In this document: one piece after another, positions 45,349-54,172 of the stretch
Layout of the letters: each line of letters starts with the position of its first letter
How positions within the stretch are numbered: the stretch's first letter is position 1
Virus record (IMG/VR): IMGVR_UViG_3300048589_001082
Span: 1-64,000 of that record
From: a virus
DNA length: 64,000 nucleotides
Strand: one strand, 5' to 3'
Translations under genes and position numbers: made by a program
The notes under the pieces: generated by a model
Databases searched by the model: none
Told to the model about the DNA's origin: nothing
Seen by the model: the letters and a program-made list of their open reading frames with translations, nothing else

Positions 45349-45635
45349 CCCTGCTCCCCGTTCCCCCGGTTGCTGCGCGGCGCGGCGGTCGCCTCCTCTC
45401 GCGCCCGCTCGGCCGCCCTCGCCAACTCCCGCTCCACCGCCGCCAGCGTGTGGCGGTGCAGCGCCGCGACCTGCCCCTGATGGTGCATCCCCGCCAGCGT
45501 GCCGATGAGCACCCCCGTCGAGACGGCCGCCACCACGTAGGGCGACCGCAACGGCTCGCCTAACAGCAACGCCGCCCAGGGCGCGGCAATCACGCTGCAC
45601 CAGGCGACGGCCGAGATGAATTGCGCGACTCCCAT
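45345..45635 (-). CDS. Two-TM membrane protein
   Basis: Start MGVAQF; ATGA overlap with the next gene. Confidence 0.55.
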   Translation of the reverse strand: MGVAQFISAVAWCSVIAAPWAALLLGEPLRSPYVVAAVSTGVLIGTLAGMHHQGQVAALHRHTLAAVERELARAAERAREEATAAPRSNRGNGEQG

Positions 45636-45814
45636 GTCATCCCCCTGCCACTTGCCCGCCGCCGGTGTGCGCGACCGCGCGCGCGGCCGAACGGGCGTGA
45701 GCTTATGTTGATCTTCATCTGCACTTGGGGATAGACCCCCGTTAGTGTGTGAAATGCACAATGTCTATGCGAATAGATAGATAGACCCGACGAGGGGCGA
45801 AACGCGGGCGAGGC

Positions 45815-45902
45815 GGGAAGGTGAAGGGGGCGGCCGCCGGTCTGTGTTGCTGTCCAGGCCATTGGAGGGAGGAACACGGCCGCCCCTCTGGAGGGAACTG
45901 CG
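45815..45902 (-). ncRNA. Candidate small RNA with anti-SD loop
   Basis: Extended -10-like TGcGATACT (45908-45916); stem 45827-45836/45877-45886 enclosing UUCCUCCCUCC. Confidence 0.35.
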
Positions 45903-45924
45903 CCGGCAGTATCGCACAAATGTT

Positions 45925-46368
45925 TTATCGCGCGCAACTCCACCTCGCTCCTCCCCGCTCCGCCAGGGCCGCTTCGGCGGCCATCTCGGCGGCGCACCAG
46001 GCGCACAGCGTCTCGTCCCCGGCCGACGGCCGCACCCCGCGGGCGTCCAGGCGCACTTCGCAGCGACGGCAGAGGCAGGCGCGCGGCGGGCGCGGCGCGT
46101 ACCGGGGCGCGGCGCGGCCGTCTATCTCGGCATACGACACCCCACCGGCCACCAGCACATCGGTGATAAAGCGCGACCCCACGCCCGACACCCGCGCCGC
46201 CAGCGCCGCCGGGGTCAGGGATGTCTCATCCCGGAAGACCTCGACCATGCGGCGCGGCGAACCGAAGCGGGCCTCCACCAGCAGGCAACGGCGGTCATGG
46301 TCGGCCCAGGCCGACTTGTAGACCCGCAGCCCGCAGCGCGGGCACGTGTGCCAGCTTCCGTCGTGCAT
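45925..46368 (-). CDS. Zn-finger protein
   Basis: CPRC...H...C and CRRC...CAWC; TGATG-coupled start MHDGSW. Confidence 0.65.
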   Translation of the reverse strand: MHDGSWHTCPRCGLRVYKSAWADHDRRCLLVEARFGSPRRMVEVFRDETSLTPAALAARVSGVGSRFITDVLVAGGVSYAEIDGRAAPRYAPRPPRACLCRRCEVRLDARGVRPSAGDETLCAWCAAEMAAEAALAERGGARWSCAR

Positions 46369-46736
46369 CAGTTCACCGACGGCCAGCCCTCGGCCGCGAT
46401 TGACAGGACGTGCTCCAGCCACGTCAGGGCGCTCGGCCCGGCCGCCTCCGACCAGCCGTGACGGGCGCAGACGGCGCGTATCTCGCGCAGGACGTTGTTG
46501 GCCAGCACCAGCGTCTCGCGCAGGTCGGCGTTCTCGGCCGCCAGCGCCTCGACCCGCCGCGCCGCCGTGCGCTCGAACTCCGCCAGCCGCGCTTCCTGGG
46601 CGTCCAGCTTGCGACCGGCCGCCGCCAGACGCTCGGCCATCGCCCCCTGCTGGCGCGCCACCGCCACCAGTTGGGCCGCGAGGTCGCCTTCCCCCGCGCC
46701 CGGCTCAACACTGTCTAACGGTTGATACTCGTTCAC
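46368..46736 (-). CDS. Coiled-coil hypothetical protein, 122 aa
   Basis: ORF track; extended -10 TGcTATAAT at 46793-46801. Confidence 0.7.
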   Translation of the reverse strand: MNEYQPLDSVEPGAGEGDLAAQLVAVARQQGAMAERLAAAGRKLDAQEARLAEFERTAARRVEALAAENADLRETLVLANNVLREIRAVCARHGWSEAAGPSALTWLEHVLSIAAEGWPSVN

Positions 46737-46839
46737 CTTGCGCTCCGGTTCACCGCGCTATACCCTCTGCACTTGACGACGATACGCCGTCTATTATAGC
46801 AAGTGGTTGCGATTTGTCCCAATCTGTACAATAAGGCGC

Positions 46840-47526
46840 ATGGACACGCGACCCAACCCCAAATCCGTTCGCAACCGCGTCGTGGAGATGCGGCTGATCC
46901 GCGCCGGCGATCTGCTCGACCATGACGGCAACTGGCGCATCCACCCGCTGTACCAGCGCGAGGCCCTCGACGGCCGCCTGGAAACGGTCGGCATCACCGA
47001 CGTGCTGAAGGTCTACCCCTCGGCCCGCGCCGGCGGGCGGCTGGTCATCATCGACGGCCACCTGCGGAAAGCGACCGACCCGGAACTGTACTGGCCCTGC
47101 GTCATCCTCGACCTCGATGACGAGGAGGCCGATGACGAACTGGCCTTCCACGACGCCATCGGCGCGTGGGCCGAAACCAACCCCATCGCGCTCAACGCCC
47201 TGCTGGAGAAGATGCGGGTTGAAAACGAGCGGGTGGCCGCCGCCCGCGACCGCTTGCAGGAGTCCATCGCCGACCAGGTGGAGATCGCCCGCCGCGCCCT
47301 GGGCGACCCGGCGGCGGCTCCGGCCCGCGAAGGCGTCTACGGCGGCTTTGCCCTGGCCCCGTCGGTCAAGGTAACGGTAGCCATCGGCGACGACCTGGCG
47401 ACGGTCGAGCGGGCGCTGAAGGCCACCGGGCTGAAGAACCGCGCCGCCGCGCTGGGGGCGATCTGCTCCTACTACATCCACATGCACGAGAAGGGGCAGG
47501 CGGCCGCGGCCGAAGGGGAGGCGTAG
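46840..47526 (+). CDS. ParB/Srx-like N-terminal domain protein
   Basis: N.R.H...Q..AL...L..VG, IIDGHLR; start MDTRPN. Confidence 0.8.
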   Translation: MDTRPNPKSVRNRVVEMRLIRAGDLLDHDGNWRIHPLYQREALDGRLETVGITDVLKVYPSARAGGRLVIIDGHLRKATDPELYWPCVILDLDDEEADDELAFHDAIGAWAETNPIALNALLEKMRVENERVAAARDRLQESIADQVEIARRALGDPAAAPAREGVYGGFALAPSVKVTVAIGDDLATVERALKATGLKNRAAALGAICSYYIHMHEKGQAAAAEGEA

Positions 47527-47529
47527 ACG

Positions 47530-48183
47530 ATGGGCGCGAGACCCCCCAAGATGGACAACCTGACCCTGAGCCAGAAGGTCATGCTCCGGCAGACCGCCCT
47601 GGCCGCCCTGGGCGGCGAGACGCCGGTCATCTGCGAGACCCACGGCGGCCGGGGCGACGTGTGGGCCGCCGTCTACAGCCACGTCGAAGACGGCGCGGTC
47701 TTTGAGACCGACCCGGACAAGAGCGTGCTGCTGGCGATGCAGCGGCCGACCTGGGCGGTGTATGAAGCCGACGTGGAGATGGCCCTGGCGGCCGGGGCGG
47801 CGGGTCACCTGACCTTCAACTACCTCGACGTAGACCCCTACGGCTCGTCGTGGGAGACGCTGGAGGCGTTCTTCGGCTCGACCCGTCCGCGCGCCCCGCG
47901 CATGGTGGTGGTGGTCAATGACGGGCTGCGCTTCAAGGCCCAGAGCGGATCGGCCTGGCAGGTCGAACGGCTGGCGCCCTTTGTCGAGCGCTACGGCAAC
48001 CACGCCGTCCACCGCGACTACCCCACCCGCATCTGCCGCGAACTGATGACGCAGATGGCCGCGCTGGGCGGCTACACCATGCGGACGTTTGAGTCCTACG
48101 CCACCGGCCGCGAGCGGAAGATGGTCCATATGCTGGCGATACTGGAACAGGAAGCGCAACGCGAGACGGCCGCCGCGACCTAG
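47530..48183 (+). CDS. SAM-dependent methyltransferase-like protein (DPYG type), 217 aa
   Basis: Motif I ETHGGRG, acidic FETD, YLDVDPYG. Confidence 0.7.
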   Translation: MGARPPKMDNLTLSQKVMLRQTALAALGGETPVICETHGGRGDVWAAVYSHVEDGAVFETDPDKSVLLAMQRPTWAVYEADVEMALAAGAAGHLTFNYLDVDPYGSSWETLEAFFGSTRPRAPRMVVVVNDGLRFKAQSGSAWQVERLAPFVERYGNHAVHRDYPTRICRELMTQMAALGGYTMRTFESYATGRERKMVHMLAILEQEAQRETAAAT

Positions 48184-48470
48184 ACCTCGTAAGGCCCGCC
48201 TCCCCCGCCCCGCTCGATCTGCTCTCGTGTCGAGCGCCCGGCCTCGTACTGAGCATCGCGGTGCCGGGCGTCCAACTCGCGGGCGCGCTGAACGACGGCC
48301 GCCCACTCGTTGTTGGACTGCATGATCTGCTGCTGCTCCGGCATCAACGGGCCCGACCACACGGCAGCGGCGTACGCCTGCAACTCTAACAACTGCTCTG
48401 CCGCCTGCATCATCTCGTCCCACAGGTCTTCGGGCACGCTGACGTGCCCGCGGCTGGTGATGTATGTCAT
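48180..48470 (-). CDS. Hypothetical protein, 96 aa
   Basis: ORF track; RBS. Confidence 0.6.
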   Translation of the reverse strand: MTYITSRGHVSVPEDLWDEMMQAAEQLLELQAYAAAVWSGPLMPEQQQIMQSNNEWAAVVQRARELDARHRDAQYEAGRSTREQIERGGGGGPYEV

Positions 48471-48482
48471 TCTGTTCCCCTG

Positions 48483-48857
48483 TTAGTTGTCGTCCGGCCG
48501 GGCCGGCGGGTGAATCGTCGCCCGCGCCTCGCGGGTGGCGCACCACCACCCGGCCTTATTCATCGGCCGCAGTTCGATCTCCTCCAGCGAGACGCGGGGG
48601 AAGGTGACTTCCGAACCGCCGGGCCGGTTCTCCGTGGCGATCATCTGGAAGTAGGGCAAGCGGCCGGTCGCATGTAGTCGTTCACGCTCTCCAGGCGTGT
48701 GGGCGGTCATCACAGCCACGGCCGCCGCGTCCGCCGTGAACCACAACAGGTTAAGCGTGCCGGCCACCCCCTCAATGACCGTGGCCTCGACGTAGCCGGT
48801 TATCGTGCCGGCCATGTTGGCGACGCGGATGTTGATGTACTCTGATCTACCAAACAT
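48483..48857 (-). CDS. Hypothetical protein
   Basis: Start MFGRSE with AGGA RBS. Confidence 0.55.
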   Translation of the reverse strand: MFGRSEYINIRVANMAGTITGYVEATVIEGVAGTLNLLWFTADAAAVAVMTAHTPGERERLHATGRLPYFQMIATENRPGGSEVTFPRVSLEEIELRPMNKAGWWCATREARATIHPPARPDDN

Positions 48858-48861
48858 GAGG

Positions 48862-49236
48862 TTATCCTGTCTCCCTCTCCGCGGCCGTGTCAATGGCCCG
48901 GACGTAGCGCACGTCGCGGGGCCATACCCGGTAGCGGCTCCACGTCGCGCTCGGCTGGTCAACGTCGTCCGGCCACAGGTAGTTGTCCTCGTCGTCGCCG
49001 TACCACTGGAGCCATAGCTCGTCCGGCGGCGCACCTGTCTCCGGCTCGTCGGCCGGGTGCTTCAACTCGGCCAGCTCGTCCTTCAGCTTCTCCACCCGGC
49101 CGCGCAGCGCCTCGTTCTCGGCCTGCATCAGGTAGTAGTCGGCCGCCGTCAGTCCGGCGGTGATGAGCGCGTCCTCGGCGTCTACCACGATCTCGGTTCC
49201 GTCGGCACGACGGATGGTGACTGTCTGACTACCCAT
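48862..49236 (-). CDS. Hypothetical protein, 124 aa
   Basis: Coiled coil + P..LWLQW...TW......DV.YVRA phage motif. Confidence 0.65.
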   Translation of the reverse strand: MGSQTVTIRRADGTEIVVDAEDALITAGLTAADYYLMQAENEALRGRVEKLKDELAELKHPADEPETGAPPDELWLQWYGDDEDNYLWPDDVDQPSATWSRYRVWPRDVRYVRAIDTAAERETG

Positions 49237-49531
49237 AGCGTGCCTCTACCCTGACGGCTTGCTCAGCCTCATTGCGCTCGGCCATCTCGATCAGCTCGTC
49301 CAGGCGCTCGCCCTGCGTCCAGCCGTCGTTCGTCGCCAGCTTCGCTACCAGCAGCATCAGGTTGTGACCCGGCAGGCCGGCCGGGTCGCCGTCTCGATAC
49401 TCGACGCAGTTGCGAACGAGGCGCAACTCGCGCGCGGTGAAAAAGTCGGCAATGTACGGCGCTTGCTCCGCCCACTGCGCACGATCCGTCTGCTCCAACT
49501 CGGCCGCTCGTTCATCTGACAAAGGTTCCAC
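49229..49531 (-). CDS. Hypothetical protein, 100 aa
   Basis: GGAGGA RBS; DPAGLPGHNLM motif. Confidence 0.65.
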   Translation of the reverse strand: MEPLSDERAAELEQTDRAQWAEQAPYIADFFTARELRLVRNCVEYRDGDPAGLPGHNLMLLVAKLATNDGWTQGERLDELIEMAERNEAEQAVRVEARYG

Positions 49532-49569
49532 TGTTATCCTCCGTTCGTTATCGTTCTCGTCGCGGCCGA

Positions 49570-49704
49570 CTACCGGCCCCGGCCCGCCCGGCGGCCGTTC
49601 GTGACGCGCCGCGCGACCCAGACGCCGGCCGCCAGAACGGCCAGCGTGCCGGGGGCCAGGCAGAAAAAGAACTCGACCAAGTAACTTGCTTCACCAAACA
49701 TCAT
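49570..49704 (-). CDS. Small membrane peptide, 44 aa
   Basis: TAATG coupling; one hydrophobic helix. Confidence 0.45.
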   Translation of the reverse strand: MMFGEASYLVEFFFCLAPGTLAVLAAGVWVARRVTNGRRAGRGR

Positions 49705-50069
49705 TACTCTCCTGTTGTTGGCGTGACGGCCGCCGGCCCGGATAGCTGCAACCGCCACAGATTGAGTGTTCGCCCGGAGCGCGTCGTCTCCGTACCATCC
49801 AGCGCAAAGCCCATTGCCGCGTACCAGCCGTTGGCCGGCAGTTCCGCCGGGCACTTGGCGAAGAGACTCGTCGCCCCGGCCGCCCGCGCTTTCTTCTTGA
49901 GCAGGTTCAGCAGCAGGCGGCCGACGCCCTGTCCCTGGTGGTCGCGCTGGACGATGATCTCCCGGATGGTCAACTGCCCGTCGCGGCGCACGTGGTAGTG
50001 GCACATGCCGTGCTCGACCAGCAGCAGTTCGCCGCGCTCGTTAGACTCGTTCAGGGTCTCGAAGATCAT
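49704..50069 (-). CDS. GNAT family acetyltransferase, 121 aa
   Basis: Acetyl-CoA motif QGQGVGRLLL; AN.WY..MGF. Confidence 0.85.
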   Translation of the reverse strand: MIFETLNESNERGELLLVEHGMCHYHVRRDGQLTIREIIVQRDHQGQGVGRLLLNLLKKKARAAGATSLFAKCPAELPANGWYAAMGFALDGTETTRSGRTLNLWRLQLSGPAAVTPTTGE

Positions 50070-50743
50070 GGCTCCACCGCCGGCAGGGACTTAGGACGCC
50101 ACGCCAGAACCAGATCGTCGTAGACCGACAGGCGCTCCCCGATCCAGTAGCCCGGCGCGTCCTCGTCGTCCGGGTGGTTGCTGTGAACGTAACTGGCGTT
50201 AAGAATGACCTCGCACGCCTGGCCGTTCTCCGTCGGTCGCTCCGCCATTGGCCGGAAGCGGCGGTCGCCCGGCGCACTAGGCGGCAGTACCTCGGCCGCC
50301 GCTTGCAGTTCGGCCACACGGTCGCGGTTTTCCCTGATCGCGTCGAGGATGCTCTGTCGCGTTGCCGTTTGCCAGTCCAGGCCGAGGGCCGTGGCAATGT
50401 CGTTCGCTCTGTCCCACGCGGCAAAGCCGTCTTCAATCAGAACGTCCAGGGCGGCGCTGAGCGCGTCCAGATCGGCCCGGCTGGCGTCGGGCAAGCCCGG
50501 CAGGGCGTACAGCCTCCTTAGCGCCCGCGACGCCTTGCAGGTCGCGCACTGGCATTGGCCGTCATCTACTTCTTCCGCGGCGCGGTGTAGCTGCACGACA
50601 TAGCGTTTCATCTTGGCCAGCGTCTCGGTTAGCGCCGTCACCTGCCGCCGCAACTGGTCAACATCTTCGCTCGCGCCGGTCAGCAGGGCCGCCCAGGTCG
50701 CCTGCTCCTCATCGTGCGTGATCGCAGTCACATTGATGGGCAT
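50066..50743 (-). CDS. Hypothetical protein, 225 aa
   Basis: GGAGGAG RBS; coiled coil, C.C..C, ERP.E....V.AW.P tail. Confidence 0.7.
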   Translation of the reverse strand: MPINVTAITHDEEQATWAALLTGASEDVDQLRRQVTALTETLAKMKRYVVQLHRAAEEVDDGQCQCATCKASRALRRLYALPGLPDASRADLDALSAALDVLIEDGFAAWDRANDIATALGLDWQTATRQSILDAIRENRDRVAELQAAAEVLPPSAPGDRRFRPMAERPTENGQACEVILNASYVHSNHPDDEDAPGYWIGERLSVYDDLVLAWRPKSLPAVEP

Positions 50744-50752
50744 GGCTCCTCC

Positions 50753-51004
50753 CTACCAGATCGACCCGGCCGTAAGCGCCGAGGCCATCCCGCAGGCGGA
50801 GATGACCAGAAAGGCGCAGACCGCCAGCACAATGAGCAGCAGCAGCAACCCCGCTACGCCCAGCCGCTCCGTGCCGGGGGCGTAGTGGGGTTTCTCCGGC
50901 GGCCGTCCGCCGGGCGGGTTGACGTTGACCTCCTGCCCCGCGCTGCCCTTGGGCAGCGACCAGATGTTGACTTCCTGATCCGCCTTCTTCTGCTTGTGTT
51001 TCAT
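50753..51004 (-). CDS. Small membrane protein, 83 aa
   Basis: C-terminal TM; GGAGG RBS. Confidence 0.65.
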   Translation of the reverse strand: MKHKQKKADQEVNIWSLPKGSAGQEVNVNPPGGRPPEKPHYAPGTERLGVAGLLLLLIVLAVCAFLVISACGMASALTAGSIW

Positions 51005-51031
51005 GGTTCGCCTCCAGAGTTCCCCGCTCCT

Positions 51032-51730
51032 CTACTCCTCCCCCGGCGCAAGCCACCGCTCGCCGGGCAGGACAATACCGCGCGCCCCGTCCCCCTCCAG
51101 GCCGACGCGGCCGTCCTCGGCCAGCCGCAGCAGCCAGTACTTGACCGCCGTCTTCGACCCCAGTCCCGACAGCGCCACCAGTTCGCCGTGGGTCGGGCTA
51201 CGGCCGCCGTGCGCGCGCTTGTAGGCCACAATGCAGGCGTAGAGCGCGCCGGCCTGTCCGCTCTGCGGCCGGGCACGGCGCGGCTTGCGGTCGGTTCCCT
51301 CGCGCCGCCGCGCCAGCCACGCATCCACGTCAGCCCGCGCGAAACGAACGCGCTTGCCGACCCGCGCCGAAGGCGTCAGGCGGCCGTCGCGGATGGCCTT
51401 CTCCACCGCCTGGCGGCTCAGCCCGGCCGCGGCGGCGACATCGTTGATGGTCAGCAGTTCCCTGTCGTTCGTCATCTCAACCCGTTCTCCTCCCTCCGGC
51501 GCAAGCCACCGCTCGCCGGGTAGCGCGATCTCGCGGCCGTGGCCGAAGCCGGACGGCGCGATGCGGCCGACGACCGCCAGTTGTTCCAGATACGCCTGGG
51601 CCACCGCGGTCGAGCGGACGCCCAGCCCGCGGGCCACGTCCCGCAGCGCCGGGCTACGGCCGCCGTGCGCCCGCTTGTAGGCCACGATACCGGCGTAGAC
51701 GCTCTCCAGCGCCCAGGGCGACACGTACAC
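51032..51730 (-). CDS. Regulator: LexA-type wHTH + excisionase-type HTH + LexA-type wHTH
   Basis: Two copies of I..YKR.HGGRSP...(D/E)....G..S......L..L...G......R.I.LPGERW flanking LLT..DVA...G.S...V...IR.G.L. Confidence 0.8.
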   Translation of the reverse strand: MYVSPWALESVYAGIVAYKRAHGGRSPALRDVARGLGVRSTAVAQAYLEQLAVVGRIAPSGFGHGREIALPGERWLAPEGGERVEMTNDRELLTINDVAAAAGLSRQAVEKAIRDGRLTPSARVGKRVRFARADVDAWLARRREGTDRKPRRARPQSGQAGALYACIVAYKRAHGGRSPTHGELVALSGLGSKTAVKYWLLRLAEDGRVGLEGDGARGIVLPGERWLAPGEE

Positions 51731-51734
51731 CGCT

Positions 51735-51956
51735 TCACTCCGCCGCCGCCGCGCGCCGGGCGTGCATCGCCCGGCGGTCGCGGGCGCTCTGGCGGCCGAC
51801 GTGGTACTTGCCGCACCACTGGCAGCGGTAAGCCGACCACGTGCCGCCCAGGAACGACTTCCGCAGTTTGGCCGCGGCGATGCCCGCGTCCTGCATGGTG
51901 GCGTGGGCTACCTTGCCCTCGCACGACCGGCGGCGCTGGTGACGCTTGGATGCCAT
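51735..51956 (-). CDS. Small Zn-ribbon protein
   Basis: C.GK..H, AY.C..C..YH.G; start MASKRH. Confidence 0.7.
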   Translation of the reverse strand: MASKRHQRRRSCEGKVAHATMQDAGIAAAKLRKSFLGGTWSAYRCQWCGKYHVGRQSARDRRAMHARRAAAAE

Positions 51957-51958
51957 CA

Positions 51959-52351
51959 CTACCCTCCCACCCCGGCCGCGACCGGAGCCGGTTCCGGCGA
52001 CGGGGGGAGCAGCTTCGCCACGCAGCGATCGCACAGGTAGAGGCACTCGATGCCGACCCGCTTGGGCCGTACCGACGTGTTGACGTCGCAGTTATCGCAA
52101 ACACCCGACACCCGCACGATCTCCGGGGCGCGTTCCCACTCGGCCCGGCCCCGGTCGGTGACGACGTAGACGGCCGCCGCGCCCTCCTCGCGCCGGATGT
52201 ACTCCCGGTCGAAGAGAACGGCGAAGACCCCCTTGCCCACCGTCCGCTGGTCGGGATATAGCTCGTAGCGGTTGGTCGTCCCGTTGTAGACGAGACGGCC
52301 GCCCGGCTTGACCAGTCCGTTCAATGCCTGAAACGTTGAGCTGATGCACAT
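51959..52351 (-). CDS. Hypothetical wHTH-like + Zn-finger protein
   Basis: Y.VT..GR, CDNC...LCDRC; GGAGGA RBS. Confidence 0.6.
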   Translation of the reverse strand: MCISSTFQALNGLVKPGGRLVYNGTTNRYELYPDQRTVGKGVFAVLFDREYIRREEGAAAVYVVTDRGRAEWERAPEIVRVSGVCDNCDVNTSVRPKRVGIECLYLCDRCVAKLLPPSPEPAPVAAGVGG

Positions 52352-52373
52352 GGCAATCCTCCACACTTACCCA

Positions 52374-52838
52374 CTACTCAAACGCCATCTCATGCGGCGA
52401 GATCGCCGCCTCGTCCGCGCATATCTCCCAAAGCTCCACCTTGACCAGATCGCGCGGCCCCCAGACCTTGATGCACTCCACCCAGGCCACGGCCGAATCC
52501 TCTTCGAGCAGGGCGTCCATGACCCAGCCGAGCAAATTGTCAGCGTCGGGCTTCGTCAGGCAGGGTGTCCACAGCGCGGCGGCCCGCCTGGCCTTCGACC
52601 ACGATGCCGGGATGCGCCGGGTAGTTGTCACCTTTATGGCCACCGGCAGGCGCAGCGTCACCGAACCGAACGACTGGCGCAGCACGTCGCGGGCACGCAA
52701 ATATTCAGATGGCATGTAAGTGCCCTTGACCGTCACCCGCGGCCGGGCCTTGCCGTGGCCGGCCATCGGCACCAGCGCCGCCTGATAGGTCGTGTCGGCC
52801 CAATGCCGCACGCCGTCGGCCGTCGTCCACGTTCTCAT
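52374..52838 (-). CDS. rusA: RusA family Holliday junction resolvase
   Basis: KARPR, KPD.DNL...MDAL..EDS.V. Confidence 0.88.
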   Translation of the reverse strand: MRTWTTADGVRHWADTTYQAALVPMAGHGKARPRVTVKGTYMPSEYLRARDVLRQSFGSVTLRLPVAIKVTTTRRIPASWSKARRAAALWTPCLTKPDADNLLGWVMDALLEEDSAVAWVECIKVWGPRDLVKVELWEICADEAAISPHEMAFE

Positions 52839-53494
52839 CGCGCCTGCCTCTCTAACTCGGCGGCGCAGTCCAGCCGTAGCGTGGCCAGCGCCTGCAAGTG
52901 CGTGGCGAACGGCACGTCCACCGTCCCGCCGAGCCGGTTGAGAAAGGCGCGGGCAAACCTGGGCAGGCCGTCATCCGGCCCCAGGTAGGACACCATCGAC
53001 GCCTTGGGCGGCGACCCATCGGCCGCGGCCAGCGCGTGCAGATCGACCGGCGCCGCCGAGGTCAGTCCGGGCAGACCCGGCTGCGCGGCCGTCCGCGCCT
53101 CCCAGCCGGGCACGTAGGCGATGCGCCCTTCGGGATACCAGCGCGGGAAGCACATCAGCATCCGCGCCCAGGCCGTGTCCAGCGAGGCGAAGGTGATGAC
53201 GCACGCCTCGGTGACGTGGCCGGCGGCGTGCTCGGCCACCAGCTTGCGGATGAACCGGGCGTTGTCGTAAAACGGCGGATTCATCCAGACCCGCCCGCCC
53301 CACGCCCGCGTCAGGCCGTCGTCGGCGATGGTGAAAAGCCGCGTCGCGCCGACCCGCTCATTGGCCGCGGCCGAGGAAGCCGGGTCGAGGTCGATGCCGC
53401 CCATCACCGCTCGCGCCGCGTCGATGATGGGTTGTGGTGTCCACCACTCCATCTGGCCGGAGTCCTGCTGGATAAGCCTGACCGTATCGCTCAT
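52835..53494 (-). CDS. Phage DNA N6-adenine methyltransferase
   Basis: EW.TP, IDLDPAS, DGL...W.G.VWMNPPF. Confidence 0.88.
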   Translation of the reverse strand: MSDTVRLIQQDSGQMEWWTPQPIIDAARAVMGGIDLDPASSAAANERVGATRLFTIADDGLTRAWGGRVWMNPPFYDNARFIRKLVAEHAAGHVTEACVITFASLDTAWARMLMCFPRWYPEGRIAYVPGWEARTAAQPGLPGLTSAAPVDLHALAAADGSPPKASMVSYLGPDDGLPRFARAFLNRLGGTVDVPFATHLQALATLRLDCAAELERQAR

Positions 53495-53847
53495 GTCCCT
53501 TTATCCCCCTCCGCGTCGCGCAGGCAGCGCAGGGCGATCATCTCCCGCACCGCCGGATTGCGGCCGTCGGCCTCCAGTAGTACCCGCGCGTAGGCTTCGC
53601 CGTTGTCCTTGACCCGGTAGCTGAACTCGACGCGACCGTAGCGGCCCAGCGGCCCCCGAAGGTAGGGCAGGATGACCTGCACCCGGCGGCCCGGCGCGGG
53701 CAGCGCCGCCAGATGCGCTCCCTCGCTCAATCGCTTCAGCCGCGCCTCGGCCGCGTTCAACGCCTCGTCATCACCCGGCCACGGGTTATGGCCCGCCGCC
53801 AGCAGCGCGTTGTAGTCGTCCATCGCGGCGGTCAGTACGTCGCTCAT
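53491..53847 (-). CDS. Hypothetical protein
   Basis: ATGA overlaps at both ends. Confidence 0.6.
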   Translation of the reverse strand: MSDVLTAAMDDYNALLAAGHNPWPGDDEALNAAEARLKRLSEGAHLAALPAPGRRVQVILPYLRGPLGRYGRVEFSYRVKDNGEAYARVLLEADGRNPAVREMIALRCLRDAEGDKGT

Positions 53848-54161
53848 GTCCATCTTGCTCTCCCAGCGACCGTCTCGACCGCCCATAGCCCCGCCTCTAT
53901 GGCCGCCAGCTTGCAGCGCAGCGCGTGGGCCTCCTGGACGGCGGCCACGAGGGCCGCGTCATCCAGTTCGCCCCGCTCCATCCGGTCGCGCAGGGCCGCG
54001 GCCCGCGCACCCAGAAGAGCGGCTGAGACCTGAGCGTCGGTCGTGTCGGCCCGCAGCTCGCCGCGCAGGATGCGACGGCGCAACTCGGCCTGCTCGGCGG
54101 CCGTCGCCGCCGGGCGTGTCCAGGTCGTGGGGATAAGGGCGGCCAAGTCCTTGAGATTCAT
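53844..54161 (-). CDS. Hypothetical protein
   Basis: Start MNLKDL with GGAGGA RBS. Confidence 0.6.
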   Translation of the reverse strand: MNLKDLAALIPTTWTRPAATAAEQAELRRRILRGELRADTTDAQVSAALLGARAAALRDRMERGELDDAALVAAVQEAHALRCKLAAIEAGLWAVETVAGRARWT

Positions 54162-54172
54162 ACTGTCCTCCG

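Noticed and set aside
46750-48549. 599-aa minus-strand ORF
   Set aside because: Shadow of the plus-strand ParB-like and methyltransferase genes, which carry clear motifs.
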